Origin: Pelomyxa schiedti
Taxonomy: Eukaryota; Protista; Evosea
NCBI GenBank assembly: GCA_020536535.1
Contig: JAHLWZ010000636.1
Span: 62,001-126,000, forward strand
DNA length: 64,000 nt
Direction of reading: 5' to 3'
A model generated the notes under the pieces. That model did no database searches and was not told where the DNA came from. It was given only the letters and a program-made list of their open reading frames with translations. The position numbers and the translations under genes were made by a program. Shown piece by piece: positions 12,545-25,888 of this stretch. Position 1 is the stretch's first letter. Every line of letters starts with the position of its first letter.

Positions 12545-14623
12545 ATGGTGTGTTGTGGAGGAGTGCTTATTGCTCTGGGCCTTGCTTCGTTGGGTTTCTT
12601 TGTCCAGGCCTTGTTCTGTGTTGGGGTGTGTATTTTTTGGGGGGCAATCGGCAAGTGAAACTTTTTACTTTTGTAACTGGGGTTGTAACAACCAGAGTTT
12701 CGCAATGCAGTTGCTTGACTATGCCAACAAATGGCGACTTGTTCGCCAAGCTGCCAAGAAGCAGGCCAACTTCGTTCAAATTCAGAGGGCTCTCCTGCAG
12801 TCAATCCTGCAAAGAAGCTGCGCAAACGGGGGTTGCGATTTCGCACGCAAGCACAGGATCATGATGGCAAACGATGGTGTGTGCACGATGGAGCAATTCA
12901 GAGCCAGAATTCCGCTGTGCACTTATTCGGACATTGCTGCGGATGTTGACAAGGTGGCACAGACTGGCTGCAAGTCCTCTTTGTGCTCGGATCCTGTTAT
13001 TTTTCTTACTGCTACAACTGGTTAGTACTATTTTTACTAGTATTAATTTTGTAAGTAGCGGGGGGAACTTCTAATTGTTGCCTCTATTGTATAACTGCAT
13101 GTTTGTAATTCTCAAGGAACAACTGGGCCTCAGAGACTGGTTCCAGTAACCAAGATTGACATTGACAAGGTGAGGACCTCATCTTATCGGGCAGTCTACA
13201 ACCCCAGGTCCCTGGGTTTGTTCCTGGCTATCAACACCCAGCAGGGGGTGAAAAAGAGCCCTGGAGGAATCACTCAGGGTGCAGTGGGTCCAATAACTAT
13301 TTCAAGGATGAGACACTGGCTTCCATTTGTGTCAGCATCACCTTTTGCAGTCTATCAAGTATTTACTTCCAGCCCAATCTGTTGACGTTGATTTACTTAG
13401 TTTGAAAGGCAGCGGAGTGGGTGGAACCGGCAATGTACCTTCACTCCTTGTGGGCATTGAGAAGCTCCAACAAGGTTGTTTGTCTGACAATTCCATTTGC
13501 CGGAATGCTTCACTCCTTCTTTTCAGTCATGATTCGAGACTGGGACAACCTCATTTTTGACGTGGAACACGGCACTCTGCACCGCGAAGTTCCACCTCCT
13601 CAACTCAGTCACGCACCAATGCCCTCTCACGCTTCAGTATTAAGCGCTTACGGATCGAAAGTCCCACCAGGGATGCCCGGCTGGGTTCACACTGTGTTCC
13701 CAAGGCTCAAATTGGTTGTGGCCAATGTTCCAAATCCAGCTCTGAGATATGTCAGTGAATTGGAGAAATGGTTTGGAGATGGAATACAGTTCAGACCGCT
13801 CATGTACGGAGCATCAGAATGTGTCATGGCACTTCCTCCTCCAAGCAGCACCTTCAAAGAAAACAAATTCCGGCTTCTTGCTGACGCTGCTTTTTTTGAA
13901 TTCCTGCCCGTGGATGAAGAAGAAGCCAAACGATGCGCGGGGACTGGTGGAGCCATTTTGCCACAGGAGGGTGTTGTTGGGCACATTTACGAAATGGTTC
14001 TGACAAACTTCTCTGGGTTGTGGAGATACCGCATTGGAGATGCCATTCAGTTGGTTGGATTTGAAGGTCAATGCCCAGAGGTTAGTTTCCACCCTTTTTC
14101 TTATCCATGTGTTCATCTTGTGTTGCAACAGATAAAATTTGCGTATAGAGTCGGATCCGTTCTGAGCATCTTCGGCGAGAACATCAATGAGATTCACCTT
14201 CGCAAAATAATGGCCACTGTGTTTGGATCCAACGTTGTGGACTTCACATTCTTCCAAGATGATACTGCGAGCCGGTACCATGCTTATGTTGAACTGAACT
14301 CTCCTCTTGACACTGAGGCAGTACGCACCTTCTCACGACCGTCGTATCACAACTGACCACCTTCAACAAATAAAAAGGTGAGCGGACTGAGTGACAAGAT
14401 GGACCAGGCCATCAGACAAACAGTTTACAACTGCAGACTCTACCCAATCAAGAAGCCCTTTGTGATGATTGTGAAGCCCGGCACCTTCGCAGCACTGACA
14501 TCCCACATTCAAAGGACCACTCTGAGCCAAGCAAAAGTACCCCCGAGACTCACGAACCCCACCCACATCAATCTCCTCAATGACAATGTCACCCAACAGT
14601 GCCTCGACTCAAAAACGAACTAA
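12545..14623 (+). CDS. GH3-family acyl-acid amido synthetase, copy 1
   Basis: TTGTTG P-loop, YGASE and LWRYRIGD adenylation motifs, QAKVPR-like C-terminus, hydrophobic N-terminus. Confidence 0.9.
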
Positions 14624-14713
14624 CACCTTACAGGAAACTCAATCAATAGGCGATTCGCCTGGCAAAGAAAACAAATAAACAAAAATATTTTTTCGCCTAG
14701 TGGGGGGAAGACT

Positions 14714-16267
14714 CTACGTGCCCGGTGCTTTCTTTGAAGAATGGCTAGCGGTTGACTTTGTTGTTGCCTTTGTGAACGCACCCAAGCTGCGTTGGAAGAG
14801 CAATCCGAGCTTCTGATTTGCCTCTTCGCTTCCTGCATACGCGGCCCTCTTGTAAAGTGAGAATGCCATTTCCAAGTCCATCGGGGCTTGTTGAGCCTTC
14901 TCAATACACTTTCCAACCAGCACTAAGGAACTCACGGCGCCGATTTCAATGACTTGCTGATAGAGAGAGTTGGCTTTGCTAATGTCCGCATCCACACTCC
15001 ACCCGTTTTCATAGCACATGGCCAGCATGACTCTCGCTTCACAGGACGGCGTTTCTGCAACAGCCTGAAGAATAGAATTGATACTGTTGAAGCCACGAGA
15101 AGCCCCCATCATCTCAGCGGTACCAAGCATAAGGATTGCGCCAAGATTGCCCATATCAAAGGCCCTTTTAAAGAGTGACATCCCCAAGCTCTTATCAACA
15201 GGAACTCCCACTCCATGGAGGTAGTAAGTACCAAGTTCGAAAATGGCTTCACTATATCCGGCATCTGCTCCACTCTTCAGGAGGGAGAAGGCCTTCTTGT
15301 AGTCCACGCCAACTCCCTCGCCGCTATAGTAATGCTGAGCAAGTTTGAACATTGCAGGTACGAATCCCTCGTTCACAGCTCTCTCTAAAAGTGAAGCAGC
15401 TTTAGCCGAGTCTTTGGGAACGCCATCACCGGCATCATAGTGTTCAGCCAGGTTGCTCATTGCCATGGCACAGCCGCCTTCAACTGACCGCTGGTAAAGC
15501 TCGATTGCCTTTGTGAGATCTTTCTCGACTCCACGTCCCGTGTCATAGCAGTTGCCCAGGAGCCACAAGGCCTGAGGTTCGCCTGCCTCAACAGCCTTTT
15601 GTATGAGTGCAACAGCTTTTGCGGTGTCCCGGGGTACTCCATCTCCACTCATGTAGAGGTAACTGAGATTCTGCTCAGCACGCCATACAACCTCTGGATC
15701 ATTTGTAGCAGCTGCTGCTCTCTGGAATAGAGGAACCGCCTTACTTGTATCTCGTGGAACGCCTGATCCACCGAGAAAGATATATCCAAGATTGAGACAT
15801 GCATCCATCCTTCCAAGATCAGCCGCTTTCTGTAGAATGGGAATAGCACTGCCTGGGTTCCTAGCAACGCCAGAACCCGTGATATAACATGTACCAAGGG
15901 TATACAGTGCTTCCGCATCTCCAGCATCTGAAGCTCTTTGCAGGTAAAGAATCGCTCGCGCAGGATCCTTCTCAACGCCGGTGCCCGTCATATAGCAGCT
16001 GGACAGGCTCACCATCGCCTTCACACTGCCGGCGTCAACTGCCTTGTTTAAGTACTGGATGGCCTTGATGGGATCTGGATCTGTGCCCTGTCCCCTCCTG
16101 TAGAACTCGGAGACCGCGAACAGCTGATCGGGATCTCCCAGCCTATCGGCCATGGTCTTAACCAGCTCAAATCCCCTGGGTTCGTTACGCCCGACTTCCA
16201 TGCAGAACTGCAAGGTCATAGATCCGCCATTAGCCCTAGCCTGTGCAAAGAGATCTGCGAAATTCAT
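14714..16267 (-). CDS. Sel1-like repeat protein (intronless)
   Basis: More than 10 tandem A...LG.CY..G.GV.KD..KA..L.Q.A repeats. Confidence 0.92.
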   Translation of the reverse strand: MNFADLFAQARANGGSMTLQFCMEVGRNEPRGFELVKTMADRLGDPDQLFAVSEFYRRGQGTDPDPIKAIQYLNKAVDAGSVKAMVSLSSCYMTGTGVEKDPARAILYLQRASDAGDAEALYTLGTCYITGSGVARNPGSAIPILQKAADLGRMDACLNLGYIFLGGSGVPRDTSKAVPLFQRAAAATNDPEVVWRAEQNLSYLYMSGDGVPRDTAKAVALIQKAVEAGEPQALWLLGNCYDTGRGVEKDLTKAIELYQRSVEGGCAMAMSNLAEHYDAGDGVPKDSAKAASLLERAVNEGFVPAMFKLAQHYYSGEGVGVDYKKAFSLLKSGADAGYSEAIFELGTYYLHGVGVPVDKSLGMSLFKRAFDMGNLGAILMLGTAEMMGASRGFNSINSILQAVAETPSCEARVMLAMCYENGWSVDADISKANSLYQQVIEIGAVSSLVLVGKCIEKAQQAPMDLEMAFSLYKRAAYAGSEEANQKLGLLFQRSLGAFTKATTKSTASHSSKKAPGT

Positions 16268-16898
16268 CTTCACTAGCAAACACGTTATACATACAAAATA
16301 CATGTACATATACCCACAGGTGTGTTACGTCGATTCCGCTGCAATGTATCCTTGCCCTTGTTGTATGTTTTTGTGGTTTTTTTCCCGCTTCTCTGCGGCG
16401 TCACTACACTTTTGCCCTGTTTCCCTGCCTGATTGCCAATCGATCCTTTTCAAATCTGAAAAGTTCCATAAAAAAAAAATTTGGACATTTCCACCCAAAC
16501 ACCATTAGGCAAAAGAAGAAACTTCCTATTTTTTTTGGACTCATAACAAGAGCACTAAAATCCGTGGAAACATTCGAACATAACCAGTACGAAGCTGATT
16601 AAGGGAAGAGTGCAGAACATAACCGTGTCTCCGAAGTGCACCTCAGCGCCGCACCCTAGAGTCTTAACACCACAACTGATGAGAACTTGTAAGCAGAGTG
16701 AAACAACAGAGAACAACTTATCTTGATTCTCGACTCGAACCTCCACTGAACTCCGCACTCTCAGGCACAGACAACAGAGCCTATTATTAAAATTGTAGAG
16801 AGATATTAGAACAGAATTATAGGGAGAGATGTAATGTAAATACCTTTGCTTGCTGCGAACTGAACTTGCTGGCTGCTGAAAATGCTCCGCTCTCTGCC

Positions 16899-17099
16899 CT
16901 CAGAGAACTCCACACCACAACTTAACTGCGCACCACAACTTAACTGAAGTCCGCCTCAGCCAACTTAACTGAAGTCCCCACCACACTCCAGAGAACTCCA
17001 ACTCCACACCACAACTTAACTGCGCACCACAACTTAACTGAAGTCCGCCTCAGCGCCGCAGCCAACTTAACTGAAGTCCCCACCAACTTAACTGAAGTA
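16899..17099. repeat. Nested non-coding tandem repeat with 7 copies of CAACTTAACTG
   Basis: Core at 16918, 16936, 16961, 17012, 17030, 17063 and 17084, organised in two higher-order units of about 90-100 bp. Confidence 0.9.
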
Positions 17100-17475
17100 G
17101 CATATGCTGATGGAATGTCCGCTGTGTATCATCCGCCTTCTTGTTTTATTTGTTGATTGCTTTTATTTTTTTTTTGTTTTGAAGAAGAATAAGCTTGGGA
17201 AAATACGTGAAAAAAAACCGCTGGGAAAAAAAAAGCGCAAATCATGAAACACAGACAAACCACCTGTGTTGTAGTCTGTTGAAGCAGACGATGATGTCTC
17301 CTGTTTCGTGACGTACGTAACCCTCGCTGATGTGTTTATTTTTTTTTGTTTTTTGTCCCCTGAACTTTTATTTTTGACAGAAACACGCAGGGGAGTGGTG
17401 TCAAATTCCCCTTTGGGGGTCCGAGGTTCTCTGTGTGTTTTGAAAAAAGTTCGGTTTTTTTTATTTACAAACCTT

Positions 17476-19179
17476 CTACATTTTTTTGTAGCTTTGAAGC
17501 ATCACCATGGAGACAACTTCCTCGACGCGGCCTTGGCACTCTTCTAACAACATTTTGAGCAGTGGTCTGTCAGTGAATCCCATGGAAACCAGCAGGTCTA
17601 CTTTCTCGTCTAGCTTGGAGGCTGGTGCTGTGGGTGTGGGTGTGGGTGTGGGTGTGGCTGTTGGGGGTATAGGCAAGGGCAGAGCTGGGAGTGTAGGGAG
17701 TGGCGTCATGGTGGGAACAGGGAGGAATAGTGGTGTAGCGGTTGGTATTGGGGTGGGTGTCTGTGGTGGAACGAGGTAATCCACCCACAGCATCAACCCG
17801 AACGGGCGTCCTGTATCGTCAACAAGGTGCCAGCAGGTTCGGTAGTGTCCAGCTGCCTTGGGTGTGTGGAACTCCACAGCCAACTCCGCTTCAGCACAAG
17901 GTGCCGGGCACGGTACGGGAAGTCTGCTCTCAACAGCAGGGTTTTGTCCAGTCACAAATAGCAGCTTGCATCCTGGGAAAAATGAGTTGTGGAAAATTGT
18001 TGTTCCGTGCTAACCTCTTGGCCATTGTTTTGAACCGGTATTCTTCACTCGCCATATCTTGACACGTCGTGTGTCAGGCTGCACAACGGTCCCATCTGGA
18101 ATCGTTACATCGGCGACAAAGGCGGCGTTGCACAGTGGAGGAACAACAGCTTGGTTAATGGCAAGTGGAACCACAATAGTGGGAGTGGGAGTGGGAGTGG
18201 GAGTGGGAGTGGGAGTGGTCTTGCTTGGTGGAGGGATAGGCTTTGCGGGTTCCTCATGCACAACATCCAACCTTTTTTTTGGTGAGTTTTGAGTGTTGCA
18301 ACCAAGAAAAACAAACTGAACATGTGTACGCGTGCGGAGTTTAATGAAAACATGCTCAGGGCAATGTATGTGTGCCTGTAGATTGCGTGCTTCACATAAT
18401 TCACATAGATCCTAAAAGTTTTTGAGCCATTTTTGAGAAATGATTGCTGGTTACATAGTCTGGGCAATGAACGCAGTGGTATCTTACACCCTCAATTCGT
18501 TTTTCACATCCATCACAGATTGCGTTATGAACGACAGCTTAATTGATTTAATGAGGATGAAATTTGGTTCGCTTGTAGAAGTACCTTTCTTTCCTCGAAT
18601 GGCATCTGACACTGCAATACGCAAATTTTCACAGGCAGCTGCCGCTGCACCGGAGTTCTTCAAAGCAGCTAAGGCTTGCTCCACATTAACACCTGGTGGC
18701 ATGATACTCTCCCACACGTTTGCAGGAAACCCGTGGAGGTTAGATTCGACAGGTTGGCTTGTGGCTGGAGGGGACTTGGGAGAAACTGCAGTAATTGGTT
18801 TGTCACTAATGATCGGCTTCAGAACTGGGGGCGCTGGTTTGGGACTAGAGACCCGTGCAGGAGCGGGAATCTTAGCCTCCACATTCACCAACAACGCTGG
18901 GAGATTTTGTTGCTTTGCACAGCGAAGTGCGGTTCTCAATTCATTCGTTGTTGACATCGTGACTCTATCTCCTTCATCATCTTCATTTTGATTAAGTTGC
19001 GCCGTTTAACAGTGTTACTGAAGGAGAGTGAACAAACCGTTGTACGTTATCAACAGGGGGACGTTATTGGGGATTCCAAACATGCCGCAGATCCGGCTGT
19101 GGAAATCATCATACGTGTGGTCCGTAGAAAAAGTTGTGCTGAATCTTGCTCCCTTATGCGTCACGTGTACTACTTGCAT
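17476..19179 (-). CDS. NBR1: NBR1-like selective autophagy receptor (PB1-ZZ-FW-UBA)
   Basis: ITY.DEDDEGDRVTM (PB1); CDGCEKRIEGVRYHCVHCPDY (ZZ); FVADVTIPDGT..KIWRVKNTG..W and FGLMLWVD (FW); LVSMGF (UBA). Confidence 0.88.
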
Positions 19180-19509
19180 TTTGCTTCTTTGCGTAACTTC
19201 ACGTCTTTGTTTTTTTTATTGTCTGTTGTTTTTTCTTGTGGATTTTGATCCGGGAAGTAATTCTGAACTGGCGGTTGGCACCCAATTGGGTGGATAAAAA
19301 TAGCACCTTGTTGGTGGGTAATTGGTGGTGGCGAAAAATGATGCTTGCAAAAAAAATGGGTTGATAGGGAATAATCAGTTTGTATGGATGGTGGTAGGTT
19401 ACAAATCACTGGTTGTGATTGTGAGTTGTTTGTTGTGTTGTGTGCCTCGTGCTTTACAGTTGGCAAAATTGTGCTTTGTGGGTGCCTGTTTACAACAGTG
19501 TTGTTAGTT

Positions 19510-22500
19510 TCAGGGTAGAAGTAGTCCGATGTCAGTTTCTTCCTCTTCTTGTTTGTTGGTGACCTGTTGGGATGTGAGGAGTGTAATCTTATTAAATACT
19601 GCTAATAGGAAGGGAATTGCCTGTGTAGAGTCTGAGGCCTGCGTCGTCTGAACTGCGTTTTCTTTGGTGTGGATTGAGTTAGTTTGCACTTGGTTGGATT
19701 GTCTGTGCGTACCTTCTATTTGTCTGTTGGCAGCTTTTTCTTGTTCAATCACCCGTAGGAGTACTGAAAATTGATGCCTCTCATCCTTCATGTTAAGTTC
19801 TCCACATATTTCAACAAGTTCCCGTAGACCTGCAGAAAGTTAATGAAACTAACCATTTGATAATGAAAGCACACAGGCACTGTCATAAGGATATTTGTTA
19901 TGATAGTCCAAGTACACTGAATAGGCTTGTGCTGGTTGATTACTACATTTGTAAGAGGAAGCGACCATAAGTTGCCAACGGGGGTTCTGCGGATCCAATT
20001 GCATCGCTCTTTGGATTGTGATAAATTAAAAAAACCATGCATTGGAAGCATAAAAACCTTTGGAAGAACGGCAGGGCCTTATCAGGTGCCATTGTTTTTA
20101 TGTAGTAGGCTCCGAGCCATGAAACCACTTTAAGATTAGAGGGAAAGAGTTTGAAGGACTTGCAAGTATTAGAAATAGAAGAATGGAAGCGAGGCAAACT
20201 TCATGGTAATGTATATAGGCCATATTGTCGTCACCCTTTAAATGGTATAGGTCACCTAACTTGGCGGCAACTCCGGGGTCCGATTCCTGAAGAAGAGTGT
20301 TGAGCTGCTTGAAGTACTCTATTGCTTGATCTATCGCTCCTTTTTTTTCATGCCTGGGAAAAGAAAGGATAGAGTTAGATTGAAAAGAGGTCAGAATAGG
20401 CACACAGCGAAGCTATTTGAAATACAACTTCAGGGTCGTTTGGAAGCATAGAATTCAGTTTAAAGAAAGAGTGCAGTGCCATTTCAATGTTATTCATTTG
20501 TTTGTATGTTAATCCTGAAATCGTTAAGAGACGTGCTGTATCTACTCATTCTACCAAGATTATAAATGGCTTCTGCGCAGTCAATTGAATCATAACCAAA
20601 TGCACTGTGGTAGGCTTGTTGAGCTTCCTCTAGATTATCACGCTTTGCTAGACAGTTCCCCTTATTTATAAGTGCTTTGGCATTAGACCTAAGCTGGAGT
20701 CATGAAAGACGCAGACTAAAGGGAACACACTTATCCGCATTAATTGCAGTATTTGCATGTTTCTCCGCATTATCATAGTCCCCCTCAAGAAAGTACAAAA
20801 ATGACAGGTTTGTAGATGCTGCAGCTGCCATTTCTGTATCTCGCATTTCAAAACTCTTCAACGTCTTGAAGGCCTTCAAAAATTAAGTGAGAGAGAAACA
20901 GTTCCTTTGAAAAAAACCTTGTCAAATTGCCTTTTTTTCATGAAGGCAACAGCCTTGGTAACTTCTAATTGATTCGCTAAGTCGGTACTTCCGTTGGCAA
21001 CTAGTGTCTCAATAACCCAGTCATATCCGCTGGTTACGTCACTGTCAACTATGGGAGCAACCAGTTGTGCTGCAGTCAAAATTGCGCGGTCAGTTTGTTT
21101 TTTTCTTGCTTGAAGCTCAAAATAAAATTCGTCATGAGGTTCATCATCCCCCTCACTTGAACGCATGATAGCTATGTCAGTTGGTGAATTGCTTCTGGTT
21201 AAAGGGTTCCCATGGCCTGGTCCGCCACTACTATCAGGAGGCCCATCGCTGGGCTGACTCCCACTTGAATGAGGGGGTCCACTCAATTGATAAAGTAAGG
21301 TTGCCGCCTTTCTCATCTTCAACATCAGTACAAACGCATTCATCAACCGTTTTTTGTCTTCAAGGACACAGAGGCATACAATCAAGTTGATAGCTATTCA
21401 AAATTATAAGTTGCCAGAAAGCCTGGCTTTCTTTCATACCATATTTGGGTTCAGGACAGGCGGACACAACATCCATGAGGAGTGCTGCTGCTTCTGAAAA
21501 TTTTCCAAGGTGAATCCAACAGTTGGCAATATTTCCTTGTATTTTCAACCTATTTGCGTGGTTTATTTTAATGAGAAACAAGATTGAGTCAGTCTGGAAA
21601 CAATAACTGCAACTCTCCCGTGGATGAAGGTAATGAATCAACAGCCATTTGGTAACTTTGGACAGCCTCGGCATACTTCTTTTGTTCATAGAGGACGTTC
21701 CCAATATTTACACGTAGTCTACCAACCTGGGGAATGTTACATTTTCTATTTTCAAGTGGGTTTTACATGTGCATAGCGTTTATGTGCCGCAATATGCTGG
21801 TACCATCGCAAAGCTTCATCGTGCATCTTATTAGCATGATACCTATCCAATAATAAGATAATTTTTGAATCGGACATAATACTGATTTGCCAAGTTGAAG
21901 TGAGCACAGTAAGTTAAATCGATATTTTGTTCAGGATGCTTGGGGTTAGCATTTTTCCTATGTAGTTCCAATTTCTTGTTCAAATCCGCAGCTTTCTTGG
22001 CTTGAGCCAAAGCTTGACTACATGTATGAGTCGATTGAAAATGTGAAATATCTGTAACCACTCACGGAAAGTCTTGGACTTGGTGAGCAGCAGCACTTGC
22101 TTCAAGAAGTTTATTTATTTCTTTCTCCATTTCACGTGCTATCTCCTCAGAGGTTTCAGGGAGTCGTTTTTGAAAGGAAAAAGCAGAAGCAGCTGTATTT
22201 TTGGTAAGTGACAAATAGTTGGCTATGAAGGCCACACAAAGGGAGGTTGTGCTATTCAGTGTTGCCTCCGACTTGAATTTAGCTGGGTTGATAGAAGAAG
22301 GCCTTGCACTCATAGGCCTCGAAGCTACTGCAGTTTTCCTCCTGAAAGGAAAAACAAGGTTGGTCATGACATTTTACTGTTGGAACAACATACCTTGCCG
22401 AAGTGCCAGGAGGCTTTTTTGTTATAAAATTCCAAATCAAATGAGAGACAAAATGTCAAAAGGGAAAATAGGGGAGGGGAAGAAAAAAAAAAAAAAACCC

Positions 22501-22801
22501 ATACCACTTGAGGCTGAGGAGCTACGGATACGGCAGCAATGGGGGGCAACGGCGTTTCATCAAACGCGTATAGCGACTCGTCGTCAACGCCGTTGTTTGT
22601 GTTTGTGGCGGACAACTTAGACGTGGCGCTCAACACACGGCCGTTGTCTAATTTTTTTTTTTTTTTTTTTTTTTTGTTAAAGTCACAAGCTCTGAGAGTG
22701 TCGTTGGGGGGTTTTTTTTTTTTTTTTTTTTTTTGCTCTGAGTGTTGGTTTGGTGCCGGTTGCAAACGGAAAAAAAACGAATCCGCACCGTCGTCGCCCA
22801 T
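19510..22801 (-). CDS. IFT88: Intraflagellar transport protein 88 (TPR)
   Basis: NIDLTYCAHFNLANQY, GYDWVIETL, LANQLEVTKA and RWQLMVAS motifs with TPRs. Start codon is tentative. Confidence 0.88.
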
Positions 22802-22912
22802 CGCCAAATTGGATGTTTTTACGTTCGTGGAAACCGTATTTTTTTAGCCGGCGTTTTGTGTCTGATTGTTAGGAGAAAGCCAGGTCCGCCTGCTTAGTAT
22901 CTCGACCGCTTG

Positions 22913-25888
22913 ATGGTGTCGCGCCAAAACTGGAACAAGCAGGGTGCGTTGTGCTCGCTTGCTGATCTCGACAGTTTCATTGCCATTATGGGTAGTGGTC
23001 ATTGTTGTTGCGGTGTCGGCGTTGGTGGATGTGGCAACGCTGATGGGGGGGCGGTGGCTTCGCCTACTTATGGGAGCGACCTTAATAGTGGTTGTCACTT
23101 CTTTGGCTTGTGTGCATTTTTCTGAAAGATAGTAATTTCACTACCAGGTGTTGGAAATGGAAACAATTCTGGAAGTAATAATGAGTGTTGGTGGCTGTGT
23201 GGTGTTGATGGACATAGCTGTATACATAAGATAGAGAAGTTACGTCCAAGGTCCACACCAGGAGGCAAAAAGCTCCATTGTTGCCACGGTAAATTCCCCC
23301 GCTTCCTTGCTTTTTTTTTTTCAATTCTTTTGGCTTTTGTAACAAATAAAACAGATATGATGGGAGGCTACCTGGATAAAGATTGTACAATTCAAGGTAT
23401 CTTATTCTGCTTCCGTTTCTTCATGTTAAATACTACCAGGGGAGGGATTAGTACCTGAACCAGCTGTCTATAACATAAGAAATTGGCAGGTTTTGTCCCA
23501 TGCGCCCTGATACCTACCAACTACCAAGTAGATAATTGACAGTTTTTGTTATTTCAGGTGCGCCTCCCACCTTCACATTATCGTGATATACTTGCTTATT
23601 GTTGATAACTTACCGTATCAAGTCATAATCGTGTTACAATTCCACCAGCCTGCTGGATAAACTGTGGACATATCAATGGGACCAAAGTTTTGGTCTTTTC
23701 TTATTTAATTTTATTTATGTTCTCACCCCATTTTAGGGGACCTTTATTACTGAATGGGGTGAAGGCTTCACTGAGTGTCAAACCCTTCTTAAGGATCCAA
23801 TAGTTGCTTCCTTTGGTCGCACGTAACATGTTAATTCTGCACAGGGGTACTCAGAAAAACTAGCCAAATTAATGCAACGATTTTCGTTTGATGGCTGGCT
23901 TCTCAACATAGAGAACAAGATTACGCCAGAATCGATGCCGTCACTTTTCTTGTTTGTAAATACTCTTACTGAAGCCTGTCACAAATACAACCCACTCTCC
24001 CTGGTATGCTGCTCTACTGTTTCAGCCCAATTTAGATGTTTTAGGTTTTGTGGTACGACTCCGTAACGGTAGAAGGGGCTCTTGAATGGCAGGTGAACCT
24101 ATTCACATTGGTAAACGTTGTAACTCTACAAAGAATCAACTTACCCCGCGAAACATCCATTTCTTTGGTCTGTGTGATGGGCTATTCACAAATTATTGCT
24201 GGTACCCTGCGAAATTTGGTATATTAGACTCAAACATTGTGGGGGAAAATAGGAAACCTGGATTTCCAAAGACTTCAAGTGAACTTGCAGGGGCTCGGAA
24301 GTATGACATCTATACAGGAATAGATGTATTTGGGCGGCATACCCCTTTTGGCCCAGGTTTTGAGTGTTGTCAATCTGTTGAGTCAATTGCCAATGGTTAA
24401 TCCTACACATCCACAAGTGCATTATTCTGATTACATGAAGATACTTCTGTTGCTCTGTTTGCTCCTGGTTGGGTGTATGAGAATCTGGAAAAGTGACTTG
24501 TTTCGTTTCCCATCTAGTCTAATTCCTTTCACTACAGAAGTGATTTCATTGCTAACAATTCACGGTTCTGGAATCAACTGCAACAAAATTTTGCAATACA
24601 GCCCTTAGAGTTCCAACCAGGCGAGGTTTTTTGTACCACATTTGATCAAGGTACAAAAAAACCCAAAGAAATCGAACTTGCCAAGACAGTACAGGATATG
24701 GTAATAGTCTATCAGTTGCTGGGAAAAATCTTACCTCCACTTTCAATTCCCCGTGGGTAAATATTAACTTCCAGGTTCCTCTGCAGACAGCATAATAATT
24801 TAACCAACTATGGAATAGGAACTACTCCCCTCATATGGTGACCCACATAGTTTCATCTATCAAAATGGTCGCCCTCCAATCTTGTGACATGAGAAAACAG
24901 CTCACTTTTAATAGGGGCTTCTGTGTCTACTACCATCGTTGCCTCTTCACAAGCCTTCAGTGGGGGCAGCCTTCTTGAGATAAAGTCATCTGAACCACTG
25001 CCTGCACTTCCTGACAATTATGCAGTTGATTTATTTTCTCTCAACTATCCGGTTTGTATTTGGTTTTTCTTTATCTCCTTTTGATCCTTCTAGTGCACAG
25101 GGAAAACTATTGTTACATTTGTGGTGAACTGCGATACAATTTCATTCATGTTGAAGGTGGAATCGATTGGGGAAAGCTCGCAATCAACCCATTCTGCATA
25201 TGTGGCTCTTGTATCACAAGGAAGGGTTCGCACTCATTTTCCCCAACGAACTTGTAACCGCACCTAGCCGAAAAATCCTGCTGTGCACCTGTCACCAAAC
25301 GGCACAGTTACTCCAAGTTTATGCCAAGAAGCTCAAGCCGTGATACACCTTTCCGGGGCATGGATTCAAATGTGCTTTGCACTGGACCTTGAAGGCAAAA
25401 GAATCACATCCTTAAGTGCACTACTGAGCTACTCGGAGACCAGCCCGGTCGTGCGCCTGGGCGGAATATCCATCCACAGCAGCGGGATGTCACAATCACC
25501 CCAACCTCTTCCTCAATCGGCACCAATCCAGTTCACTTCCAAGAGCTATCACTGCTCTGGTGAAGAATCCGGGGACATCCTGGCCCTCAGATGGGATCCC
25601 ATAAGCAACCCGGAGCCCTCCTACATGCTCATCCACTACCGTTCCAGTTCCGGCACTGTACCCGGGACCGGAACCGAAACCGGAACTGGAACTGGAACCG
25701 AGACTGGGACGAGTACCCCGACCACAATTTGCCTAGGCCGGACCAAGAATAACTGGTTTGTTCTGACTCATGCCACTCTTCAGCAACTCCAGCAGAGATA
25801 CAATAATGGGACACCTCTGTCTCCTCACGATAACTTGCACATCGAACCAGTCTGGTATTGTGGACTCAGTCCTTTTGGTGGTGTGTGA
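22913..25888 (+). CDS. ENGASE: Endo-beta-N-acetylglucosaminidase, GH85
   Basis: CHDMMGGY, GTFITEW, FDGWLLNIEN, WYDSVT, GIDVFGR and ALFAPGWVYE motifs. Confidence 0.92.

Noticed and set aside
16899-17099. CRISPR-like array
   Set aside because: The repeat is only 11 bp, the spacers are themselves duplicated and irregular, there are no cas genes, and the context is eukaryotic.
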